A DNA stretch of 63,270 nucleotides, filler included, from Reticulomyxa filosa (taxonomy: Eukaryota; Protista; Foraminifera), in NCBI GenBank assembly GCA_000512085.1. It is 19 parts of 19 records of this genome, joined end to end, with 100 filler letters (N's around TTAATTAATTAA, not from the genome) between each part and the next. Parts side by side here need not be neighbours in the genome. Positions count along the whole stretch, not along the records: positions 45,046 to 57,691 come from ASPP01024020.1; positions 57,792 to 59,235 come from ASPP01009638.1; positions 59,336 to 61,975 come from ASPP01002336.1; positions 62,076 to 63,270 come from ASPP01007598.1; 15 more parts are not named here. One strand, written 5' to 3'. Each line of letters opens with the position of its first letter. Within the stretch, counting starts at the first letter, position 1. Below, piece after piece: positions 52,301 to 63,270 of this stretch. The notes under the pieces are model-generated. The model did not search any database. It saw only the letters and a program-made list of their open reading frames with translations, and was not told where the DNA came from. Both the position numbers and the translations under genes were made by a program.

Positions 52301-55300
52301 GAGGAGGAGGAGCAGTGCCTGCTTCAGGCCAAAGAGGCGGATCGTTGATTATGCCAGCCGGGCACAAAAAAACCTCCTCCGATCACGACCATGACCGTTT
52401 CAATGACAAGGCAAAGTCCAGTCGGCAAAACTCCATTGACATGTCAAGAAGAAGCAATAACAATAACCCCTTATCTTTATTGCCTGAAGTGTTAGAGCCT
52501 TTTGAAGCCGAATTGCGCAAAGCTTTGAGCGTCAAATCAACCCCAATCACACCACAAAGTGCCAGAACAACACGAAAAAAAATCGATCCCAAAGGTATTT
52601 TAAAAAAAACTCAAATCCTCCTTTTTGTTCCCCTCCCCCTTTTTTTAAAAAAAAAAACTTTACAAAAAAAAAAAAAAAAGGTGCCACTGGCAAAGGTTCG
52701 AAAGTAAATCAATCATTACGCCCTTCATTGCCACCATCACACGGAAAAGCCAGTGCTATTGGTTCCAAACGAAAGCCACACAAAGAAGCAACGGATACAT
52801 CGCAGTTGGGGATCTCCTCCTCGCAACCAGACGAAACTGATGCAAACGAAAAGCATTTGAGTCGCAGACTGTCTCGAGCTTTGAGTGGTGGTGCAAAGAG
52901 TCATTTCTTTAGCGGACTGGAAAGTCATCGCGACAGTGAGATACGAGCCAAACGCAAAACCGCATTTGCGAAGTCGTTCAGCAAAAAGACGCACCCAAAA
53001 AAAGGATTGAACCAACGAAAAGGATTATACTCACAGCGACACATTTTAAAAGGGATTGGTTTGAATCGCCAATCTACTGCCCCAAAACATCGAAGATCAA
53101 TGTTTTTTGATAATGATATGCTGATCAATATCGGAACTTTGGGTAGCACCAGCAACCTTGCTGCGAATAATGCCGCGTTGGGAAGCAAGGCAATTGTTCC
53201 TCCTCCCCTCCCCCGCAATCAGCAATTGCACAATCTCCCAGTTTTAACTGTGGCATATCCTTTTGCACTTTACAAGAACATTATGTATGTGGTGAAACGA
53301 AATGAATTGACTTCAAATGCAAATGTGTTGTGTGTGTACAATGGACTGTTTGTGAAAAATGTTGTTCAAAAGGCAAAGAAGGAAGTGGATTTAGCGAAAC
53401 GGCTGACCATCACGAAGACGCTCAAGTCACGCCTTTTTGGGAAAACGACAGAGACTTGTACGGCGCGCTGATGAGCGTCCAAATCATTGCCGAGTTCATG
53501 AATGAGTACAAGGCGTCGAGCGAGTGTCGAGCCAAGTTTATGAAAATGGCCAAATATTTCACGCGCTTTGTTAAAAACCACACCTATCATAAAAACTGGT
53601 CGACCAAGAGATTTGTCGATAAAGCCAAAGCCAAACTGCATTCCACTAATTACAATCTCCATTTGTACGAAAATTATTTGACAAATCAAAAGTACTTTAT
53701 TAATTATCAAATCAACTTAAAAAAAAAAAGTTAAGAATTTATTATTATTATTATTATTATTTATTCATAATAAATAAATATAAATACAAAACAAAATGAA
53801 ACAAAACAAAAATATGTTACTCCAGAACAATCGATTCCAAGGATCTTACCTCTTCCAGCGCTGCAAGCACAGCCCTGGAATTGGGTGTCATTGACGTCAC
53901 GCCCCGCCAACATTGGCTTGTTGTTGTTGAAGGAAAATGAAGACGACACTTACACCGGATCTTTGGACAGGTCTTGCACAGACCGAGAGGAAATATCTAG
54001 CTCTGCAAGCCATTGCAGAAATGTGGACAAATCAAAGACTGGCATGCTACCCAAAATCTCGTTTTCAACGGGAAAACGAGGAAAAGACAAAGACAAAGAC
54101 AAAGAAAAAGAAAAAGAAAAATTTGGAACGCGATGCGACCCAAGAACTTTCGAATTCACAGTTCGAAAGCGGAGTGTTGCCGTCACTCACTATTGAAAGA
54201 GAACAATCCACAAGTCAATCGATGGGAAGCGGCTTGGCATTCGCCGAGGATTCCGTGGAAATTTCCGAGTCGAAAATGGACGAATCCTTGAGACATTTGC
54301 ATTGTGAAATGGACGATGAGTTCGCCTTGGAAATCGACCCTGTTCACAAAATGGGCTTTTGCTACACCAAAAACTATGCCGTGAAAAAGAACAAATCGAA
54401 ACAGTGGAAAAATCGCTATTTTGTAGTGCGAGGACATATGCTGTTCCGATACACTTTGAAAGAAAATGGACAAGCTATCGATTTGATGAACTGTCATGCA
54501 AAGGCTTTTGATTTGGAATATGCCAAAGTTTAAATCTTTGCAAAAAAAAAAAAAAAGACGACGAAAATCAACATTGAAGATATTTTCTATTTCATCTATA
54601 TTGTACACTGTGTATATGTTGTCACTTTACAAAATAAAAAAAAGGTCGAAGCACATGAAACGCCAATCACTTACAATGGAGTAAACTTGTACTCATTTGC
54701 ATTACATTTCGTCTCGCCTTTCGAAAACTTGAATAACCTGTCTGCACAGCAAGAGCATAGGCAGTTCATGAGAGATCACCCTCCATTGCATTTGGCTTGC
54801 CGAAGCATAACCGAACGAGACGGATGGATAACTGCTCTTAAGTCATGTAGCGAAGTATATCAAGACAACGAGAAAATAGCAGCGAAAAGTGAGGACAAAC
54901 ACAGCAGCGAAGTGTCTGCTGCCAATAGCATGTATACTGACAGTAGTAGCACTCAAATAATACAAAAAAGCAAGGTAAAAACAAAGAAAAAGAAAAGGAG
55001 AAAGAAAAGGAAAAGGAAAAAGAAAAAGAAAAAGAAAAAGAACAGAACAACTTTGGAACCGAATCCAATAATACATTTCCAAAGAGGATGGGTAGATCCT
55101 GTTCTTCGACGGCGTTTCATTTGGTAAACTCTTACCGACAACTATTGTTTGAAGGCTGCGCACAGCTGCAAAACCAACAAATGTATGGCAAGTTCGCCAT
55201 TCCTGTTCAACTCTTCTTAGGAAATGATATCATCATCATTTGTGACCGGACCGGACTGCTGGAAATGAACACCACCGAAGAAAAGAAAACCAGTGAACAA

Positions 55301-56941
55301 AGGAAAGATGGGTCAAAAGGACACAAGAGACAGCCGACCAAAGATCCACAAAGTATATATATGTATATTTGCATGTGCGTGCATATAATTGTGACAAAAA
55401 ATGTTTTGTTTTGCTATCAGATACAAAGAGAAATCGTCGACGATCAGCTTTTTTAGGAGAATTATTCAACAAATCCCAAGATGCGACTCCAAGTCATGAC
55501 ACAACAGCAGAGGATGAGGATACTGACGTCGATGAAGGCGAAGACGAAGAGGAAATGCTTCAACGCGATTTTCGAGAGTTTTACAAATTGAAATTCATTG
55601 GTGCAATTCATTTGATGGAAATCGTCAATATTCAATTGGTTGATCCCACGAATTACAATCCCACGACCACGGGCAACAAAGAGCAAGGTCCATTGTTCAA
55701 GTCCTCCGCCTCCACGATCGGCGACATTCATCACACTTTTCATCAAGAATTCAACAGCGTGGGCCGCGCTGTTGTCCATCACGAAGAAGAAGAGTTCCAG
55801 TGGAAATTGGTCATTGTCACCGAATTTGAATTATTGACTTTTGCATATAAAACACAAGAGGCTAGGGACGATTGGATTCGTCGATTGGCACATTTGTATA
55901 CCAATTTACAGATGTTGTGCGGAAGAATCACTTGTATCTATACATACATACATCATACATCTATACATGTAATATGTGCATATATGATGTATATAAAAAC
56001 ATTATATTGTATATGTACATATTTTTTATTCATGCTGTATTGTATTGTGGACAATAGCGGTGGAAATTGCTCACAATACGCTTCAAAAATTGGATAAGCG
56101 AATTCAGAAATTAGAAAAGGAGGAAAAGAAATTTGAAAAAGATCTACTCGATCGATTGGGTGAATTATTCAAACTAAAAGACAAACGAGAAAAACAAGAG
56201 GATAAGCTGCTGGCTCAGTCAGGATTGCTGGAGACAAGTGTGAGCAGTTCGGCGTCCGCGATCGAAGATGACCTGATGGAGAAGATACGACACGTCCAAG
56301 GAGAGTTTATGACGCTGGTCGAAAACTTTGCCAGCTTTCAACTCAAAATGTATGCCATTCGTGCACGCAAAGATGAATTAACGTTGTACTTCAACAACAG
56401 GCAATTTATCCCTCGCTTTGTCAAACAGTTCATCGAACTGCAAAAAGAGCTGCAGCGAATCACTCCAGAGACAGAGTATCTTGAGAGCTTGGAGGAATCC
56501 CCGCCTATCTTTAGTGTAGATGGCGACGATACCTTCTTTCAATCTACAATCACTCCACAAAACCCGAGTCATCAAACCAATGATACTACTACTGCCACTG
56601 GTGTTGAATCAGGCAGTCGTCAAGAAGTTAAACAAGTCAGCCAACCCCATACCTCTTCTTCAAAGCCGCCAAAGGACAATAAGGACACTTCGAAAGATAA
56701 AAAATATCTTAGTGCCAAAGGAAACAAAAAGCAAAGAGACGACATGTCAGATGATTTGGAAAAAAAACACACGTTGGTCCATTGGATGGTCAAAAATAAA
56801 GATGATGAAATTGAAAACAAATATATTGATGACAAACTTGCATCGGAAACAAAAAAACAAATCAAACGAAAAATGCAAGAAAAAGTTATCAACGAAGTTG
56901 ACACAGAGGTTCAACATATGTTGGATGAAAATAGTTCCTAA
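49313..56941 (+). CDS. Large RhoGEF: split DH domain, two PH domains, C-terminal coiled coil
   Basis: DH CR1 VQELAQTERGYLKSL, CR3 LLITPVQRIPRYKLLLA|EIIK and helix-6 ALMSVQIIAEFMNE. PH1 KMGFCY...WKNRYFVVRGHMLFRY...ERDGWITAL. PH2 LVNSYRQLLFEG...LFLGNDIIIIC...EARDDWIRRL. More than 10 GT-AG introns. Confidence 0.85.
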
Positions 56942-57489
56942 CTTTTTTTCAATTTTTTGTTTTTGTTTTGGGAGGAGGGGATCAAATGGCAAAGGGATTA
57001 GTTTGTGTGTTGGTTGACTTTCTTTGCTTTTCGTCTCTTTCATGGTTCAACCGAATTTGGTACTAAAAAATTGACATTTTTAATGTTACTATTTTTGTTT
57101 CTCGGATGACAAGGAACATATATTTTTGTGTGGATTGTTCAGTAACCAGTTTACGGACTAGATATTTTTTTTAACAATTGTGGAGGCTATTGATATAACT
57201 GAGACATCTTTTATTATTTCCTGCAATTTAAGTATCAGATGTCAGCAAAAAATTATCTTGTCATTTCTTTCTACATTCGAAAGTATATGTGAAATGTCAA
57301 ATGTGGGATCAGGGATGTCTGTGTACCGAAAGGAAAAAGGCAAATCCGAGATTGCAGAGACAATGACAAAAATAAACAATGTGACAATCAAATTGATTTT
57401 GTTTACAGACTTTGGTCGCACAAACGATTGGAGTTGTAATGTATGCCGATTGAAACAAAAACATTGGAACAAATTAATACAGTAAGATA

Positions 57490-57640
57490 AAAAAGAAAGT
57501 TGACACCTAAAATGCCACCTTATAGAGATGATTGTGTTTCTACATGAAAAAACAACATTTAATCAAAATTTTTTTAAAAAATATCTACGAATCGTGCAGT
57601 TTTTAAATATCATTTTGGTTTTTTAATAAGTCTTTACAAT
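57490..57640 (+). repeat. Dispersed ~140-bp non-coding repeat, copy 2
   Basis: Matches the reverse complement of 22010-22150; core at 57507-57526. Confidence 0.8.
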
Positions 57641-57791
57641 TTTTTCAAAAATTTTATTCTTTCATTTGATTTGGTAAAATTTCTTAAAAAANNNNNNNNN
57701 NNNNNNNNNNNNNNNNNNNNNNNNNNNNNNNNNNNTTAATTAATTAANNNNNNNNNNNNNNNNNNNNNNNNNNNNNNNNNNNNNNNNNNNN

Positions 57792-58621
57792 AAAAAAAAA
57801 TAAAAAAATAAAAATAAAAAATCAAAAAAAAAAAAAAAAACAATTGCAAAGCCAAAAAGCAAAAGCAATGCACATGAACAACACAACTTATAAGTTGCAC
57901 AACTACCCCCATACATACACATACTCCATTACACAAACGTAACGTGCGTATCATGGCCCAGTCTTTGAACAGCAGTGACGCCAATGCCACCCGTTACCTC
58001 GATATCTGGATCTGTCAATTTGGATTGATAAAAGCCAAGTTCATCCATAAACGCTTCATAAAATTCGCCAATTGCAAATTGTTCATCTATTTATGTATAA
58101 AAAAAAAATATATATATATACATATATAAGTATTATATATTTGACAATACATATTAAAACAAATCACACACACACAAAAAAAAAAAAAAATTATCGAAAC
58201 ATCCAAATTGGAGCAATCGATCACATGACGATAAAACACTTTTGGTCACGGCTTGCAGCAATTTTTCACTTTTTGTCGTTTCAATAGTTTCAAATAAACC
58301 CAAGAGAAATGCACGGTAAAAACAATTTCCATCGGCTCGTAATTGTCGATACGTCGCATGCTTTTTGTCACTTATCAACCATTGGATTTGCCTTTGATAG
58401 TTCGAATGGTCTTTAAATTCGTTTAACAGCTCGCTTAATGGTTTTGGATCACTTACTAATGGCTGTTTCTTCTTTATCTCATCACGTATTATTTCCATCT
58501 CGTTTATTCCTTCCGATATTAGTTCTTCCTCCTTCACTTCCTCTTTTTTCTCCTCTTCTCCTGGGTCCTCTTTTTTCTCTTCTTTCTTTTCTTCTTCATT
58601 TCCTACTACATTTTGTGACAT
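57792..58621 (-). CDS. OTUB1: Otubain deubiquitinase (peptidase C65), 3' partial
   Basis: IRDEIKKKQPLVS...YRQLRADGNCFYRAF catalytic motif; the next exon gives FG(Y)EQFAIGEFYEAF. Confidence 0.9.
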
Positions 58622-59335
58622 TTCTTATTGTGGTTCCCAATATGTTAGTTCTCAATTCCTTTTCAATCAGTGCTAACAACAAAAAATCTATAAATGATTG
58701 AAGATTAGCGTTAAACTTTACTATATTTTTTTTGTCCCTCTCAGTTCGTGAAAGAACCATTTGTTTTTCGAAAACTTATCAAGAGTTTGTGATGAGGACA
58801 GCCACATGAAAGCGGCAACAAAACAAATCAATCTTTGAAAAAACAAGGTTTTCAGAATGAAACAAAAACCGTCACAACAGCTTTCAGAAAGTCAACTTCA
58901 AAGTATTTTTTATAAATTTCTCGGCATTTTGCGATAGACAGAGCAAGGTGAATTAAGATTTTAATTGGTGATGTACAGAAAGGCAATAAATAAAGCTACA
59001 ATAAAAATGAAATTGTTTGATATGTAGTGAGTAAAACCATTTGAACACAACAAAAACCAATGGCTGTCCCTCCCTCCTTGTCAAAGAAACGATTAATTAC
59101 CAAAGAGCATTACCGAGACAAAATTAGGTTCACTACGCACGTTACCGCATCTCGAAAAAAACTTTTCAAACAATTGTTCAACAAAATGAAACGCAAAAAT
59201 GTGATCGTCTAAACCAACACTTTGGTTTTTTTTTTNNNNNNNNNNNNNNNNNNNNNNNNNNNNNNNNNNNNNNNNNNNNTTAATTAATTAANNNNNNNNN
59301 NNNNNNNNNNNNNNNNNNNNNNNNNNNNNNNNNNN

Positions 59336-59470
59336 ATTATTGTTATTTATTATTGTTATTTGTTATTTGTTATTGATATTGATATATATTATTTGTTATT
59401 TGTTATTTATTATTGTTATTTTGTTATTGATATTGATATTGTTATTGTTATTGATATTGTTATTGTTATT
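59336..59470. repeat. Degenerate (TTA/TTG/ATA)n simple repeat
   Basis: Includes a duplicated unit ATTATTTGTTATTTGTTATTTATTATTGTTATTT, at the contig start. Confidence 0.8.
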
Positions 59471-59601
59471 CGTTCCAGTGGGTCCTATAAAAAACGCAGC
59501 CACTAACCCTCTTCGCGGGAGGACCTAGAAACACACTTACATACTTTGTAGTGTGGCCAAGGTGACATTCACCAGGTGGGCGTCGCCACAAACTTGTGGT
59601 G
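59471..59601. other. GC-rich, stem-rich non-coding island (structured RNA or retroelement terminus)
   Basis: Complementary pairs GGTCCT/AGGACC, AGTGG/CCACT, ACACT/AGTGT, GTGGC/GCCAC, GGTGA/TCACC and CCACAA/TTGTGG within very AT-rich flanks. Confidence 0.4.
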
Positions 59602-61813
59602 TTTATTAAGTTATAAAAAAACAAAAAATAGATGAAATTATGGAATGAAAGAGAACAAAAGGATAAAACATATATCATTCAAAAATTTAAAACAATGTTA
59701 AATTGACAATTTGTGAATGCAAATGGAAATTACAATAACAAAAGATTATATCGCTTCTACCTTGAATTTATTAAAACTAATCAAAAAAACAAAGAAGATA
59801 AAGTTAACAATTGTTTTTTCTCCAAATTACGATAATAAATATAAAATAGTGGTAATTGCAATTGATTGATATGATGAATAATATTATTGAATCGAATAAA
59901 GATGTTATGAAAGAATTTAAAAATTGTTTGGACTTCATTTCAACAATCAAAAATGCATTGGTAACAATAAATGGAAAAATCTCAAAAATGTGAAAGAAAT
60001 GGTATGCAATCCATCTTCAAAAATGGGAAAAAATTTAAAAATAAAATAATTACAAAAAGTAATATATTGATCATATTAAACAGTTACAATTAAAAAATTT
60101 TCTAGCAAAAATTATAAATTTTCAATGTAAATAAGATAAGTTTTATTCCTTAAAAAATATTACAAAAAGTATGACAAATGTGATGAAATCTGGGTATAAA
60201 TAAAAATGCAAAATTGAGTGAAGACAACACATGCGTGCATTTAATTTGATGAATAAAAGTGTGAAAACAAATCAAAATGAACATGAATAAATGTATTGTT
60301 ATAGTATTGAGCATCTGTTACAATCATGAATATTGTAACAATTTTGAAACGTAGTTACTTTAAAAAAAGAATTTTTAAATCGTATGTTTGATTTAATAAA
60401 AAAACAAAACATAAAATATGCAATAATGGATAAAATGAAAAAAAATCACAAATGAAGTTTTTTCGATAATACGAAAAAAGTTTACAAATAGAAAAGTTCA
60501 TAAAAAAAAAAATGGAATGATTCAAAAAAAAACAAAATTTCTTCACAAAGCAAATTGCAAGAAAGAAATACTAAATCAACTTTTTTTTTGTGTGTGTGTG
60601 TTATCAAAAAAAAATAAAACCCCTTTGCATTTGTTAATATGTCTGCCTCTTTCCAATCTCAAGTGATTTATTCGGTACTGTCAGTCATATCCTTCAAAAA
60701 AAAAAACTATACAACGTAACATTTAAAAAAAAAACTCAGTTATTCTAAAAAAACTACAAAGATGGACGCTTTGAACATTTTGCAAATGACTCAAAAAAAA
60801 GTTTTTACTGACCTATTGTTAATAGCAATCATGCAAAATGCCATGAATTGGATTTTGATGAAAATACTTTAGTATTGATTCACAAAATGAATATCACTCA
60901 AGTATGTACAGTTACAATGATATATGCAATAATTTTGCAGTATTTTTTTTCATTGCTACTATTTACTTGTGCAAATCTTGTATTTGGGTGTTATTACGAA
61001 TACATTGTAACAAACAAGATTGAAAAGATTAAATGAAGGTGAATTTGTTTCATGGAATCACCAAAAAAAGAAGATGTTTTTCTCATGACCAGTTTATTCA
61101 CTATTTAGCGTTTCACGTGTTCCCAGCAATGTTCCTGTCCAGAATTTCAGAAATTGTTTTTTTTGTTGTCTCAATTGCAATAGCGAAGAGCTTCATTTAA
61201 ATATCTCTGACCCTTATTATATGATATGAGGAAAAAAGAGTTGTAATAGATGCTTTTATCACGTTTCAACGAAGTAAGCGGACTTAGCTTTTTTTAGGAA
61301 GCGAAAAAAAATGGAAATGTATGATATATCAAAGGCTGCATGAACATAACAATGACTTTATTATAACATTTCAAAAGCCAATGCAATCCACAATGTTATT
61401 CATCACCAGGTTCACGTCGTTCAACTTGTCCGTTTCGAAACATTTACAATAAAAACACAACAATAAGTACCAAAATAGTGGGAATGCATGAGCATTATCA
61501 GATATTTTGTAAATGTTACTTATTTCTTCTTATGACGTCACACACTGAATGTTTCTTTGTTCAACAAAGAAACATTCAAAATATTGGATTTTTTGTCAAT
61601 TGCTATCTAAACATTGAACTGCATCAAACACATTTTAAATAATTTTAAAAACAGGTTGTGATACTTGAGAAAAAAAGTATTCAGCATATTATGTCTTGTT
61701 AAGAACATAAAGCGCAAAGTATTTTTAGGGAATCTCCAAAGATGTGACAAATTACAATGAGACACAAAAAAAAAAATCCAATAATTAATTGAAAAAGATA
61801 GATAAGCTAATAT

Positions 61814-61975
61814 TTATCCCCAAGTGTAAATTTGGCCTTTTCTTGAACCATAACATAAATAAACATTGTAATTTTCTTTTGATTTTTTCTTTTCCAATGA
61901 TACAAATTTAAGACAAAACATTCCATCATATTCTCCTTTGATCACATATAATTCATTCTTATTTGATCGAATATC
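61814..61975 (-). CDS. WD40-repeat family protein extreme C-terminus (frameshifted)
   Basis: DIRSNKNELYVIKGEYDGMFCLKF.../LCYGSRKGQIYTWG*. Paralog of 19155-19648. Confidence 0.8.
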   Translation of the reverse strand, partial: DIRSNKNELYVIKGEYDGMFCLKFVSLEKKKSKENYNVYLCYGSRKGQIYTWG

Positions 61976-62208
61976 NNNNNNNNNNNNNNNNNNNNNNNNN
62001 NNNNNNNNNNNNNNNNNNNTTAATTAATTAANNNNNNNNNNNNNNNNNNNNNNNNNNNNNNNNNNNNNNNNNNNNAACGAAAAATAAAAAGAAAAAAAGA
62101 CAAAAAAAAAAAAGTTTGGCCACTATTTTTTTTTTGGCCAACAAATGAAGCGAAATAAGGAAAATCGAATTTGTTTTGGCAGACAGAAACAAAACAAAAT
62201 CACTAAGT

Positions 62209-63191
62209 TTAGCACAATGGCACATCTTTAAATTTGGAAGCGATTTCATTGTAGTACTTTGCAATTTGTGGCGAGTCTAATTTCAAATCGTTAATACGTT
62301 CTCTGACACGTTGAAAGCCACGATCTAACTCTTCTGATGGGATGATATCTATGAAAATAGGGACGACAACACCCAACAAAGCAAATGAAGGGAGGAGGGG
62401 AGTGAAATGCTTGTACTAATTGTTTGAAAGTTGAGCCGAGCAAATCCTAACTGTTTTTAACACAAGTGGAAAGCAATTCAGCCACTAATTCAGCCTTTTT
62501 GGATCGTACCGAATCACTAACAGGTGCATCTAAGTTGACAGGAGTATAATCGGTGACAGCAGATATACATTGTTTGACAATTTCATGTGAAAATAATGGA
62601 ACATTCAAATCACGAATATTGTCAATGGTTTCGTTCATATCTTCATTCACCAAAAACTCTCTCACAATCGCACTAATGGCTGTTTTAAGCTCTTTCACGG
62701 GTTTCTCTGATGACACTCCCCATATCTTTATCAACACATACAAATTACTAAATGATGTATCAATACAACATTCCATCCTTTCAAAAAAGAAAAAAAATAA
62801 ATAAATAACATTTTGTAATCTCTTGTTGGCATGTCTTCCTTTCAATAAGTTTTGAGCTCTAAAGATGATGGCGTAGCCCATATCAGTTTCAAGCAAATGC
62901 ACGCTTTCCAAAAACGAAGGCGCGAGCACTTCATCTGCGATACAACGAGCGACAAAACACGACAGATAATGCAAAACGTCAGGGACATCTTTGAACAAGT
63001 CTTCCACGCGTTGTAACAATACGGTAAACCCTAACTCTGCAGACTGTCGATCGATCGCATCTTCTGGGCCATCCCCAATGGCAACAGACAAAAATTTGCT
63101 TGCCAGTTCTCGACAGCGATTGTCCCGGTCCATACTTGTGCTAATGATTTGCTTGACGACTTCAAAGCTGTAAAAACGGGTTCCCATTTCC
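62209..63191 (-). CDS. PDCD4: PDCD4-like tandem MA3-domain protein, 5' partial
   Basis: FEVVKQIISTSMDR..RELASKFLS...GFTVLLQRVEDLFKDVP...FVARCIADEVLAPSF and ELKTAISAIVREFL...DLNVPLFSHEIVK...RGFQRV..INDLKLDSP. 84-nt intron 62726-62809 and a final intron ~62349-62451. Confidence 0.85.
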
Positions 63192-63270
63192 CTGGATGTT
63201 CCAAAGACCACAACAACGCATATGTAGAATAAAGTAGGTACACTTTTTTTTTTTTTTTTTTTTTTTTTTT

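Noticed and set aside
1-63270. CRISPR arrays, rRNA, tRNA, operons or prokaryotic defence systems
   Set aside because: None seen. The sequence is eukaryotic, and cross-contig neighbourhoods are artificial.

Overview
This is not one continuous locus. It is 19 short contigs of an AT-rich, intron-containing eukaryotic draft genome joined by 18 artificial N44-TTAATTAATTAA-N44 spacers, so adjacency across spacers means nothing. Repeated WD40 'GNSNVICSGS.DNTIRFWDIRSNK' genes, RING/TRAF-like and glycine-rich families, many CAP-Gly copies and abundant decayed pseudogenes resemble the foraminiferan Reticulomyxa filosa (an inference). Recognisable genes: propionyl-CoA carboxylase alpha, AlkB-family dioxygenase, GT34 glycosyltransferase, MFS transporter, TVP38/TMEM64, GPN2, ATG11/FIP200, a Rab5/22-group GTPase, a very large DH-PH RhoGEF, otubain and a PDCD4-like MA3 protein. 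There are also pseudogenes (clathrin heavy chain, CAP-Gly, GGT, HECTD1-like domain) and a dead CRE-type retrotransposon. Most notable: (1) an apparent fusion of an Hsp90-clamp TPR domain (RPAP3/Tah1-like) to the RNA-polymerase-assembly GTPase GPN2; (2) unusual spliceosomal introns, with donors mostly GUU, acceptors preceded by A-tracts rather than polypyrimidine, and U-rich 5' halves complementary to A-rich 3' halves; (3) a DH domain split by a ~900-aa insertion; (4) telescoped and chimeric pseudogenes; (5) a GC-rich, stem-rich non-coding island. Splice models were built by hand, and homopolymer frameshifts are probably sequencing errors.
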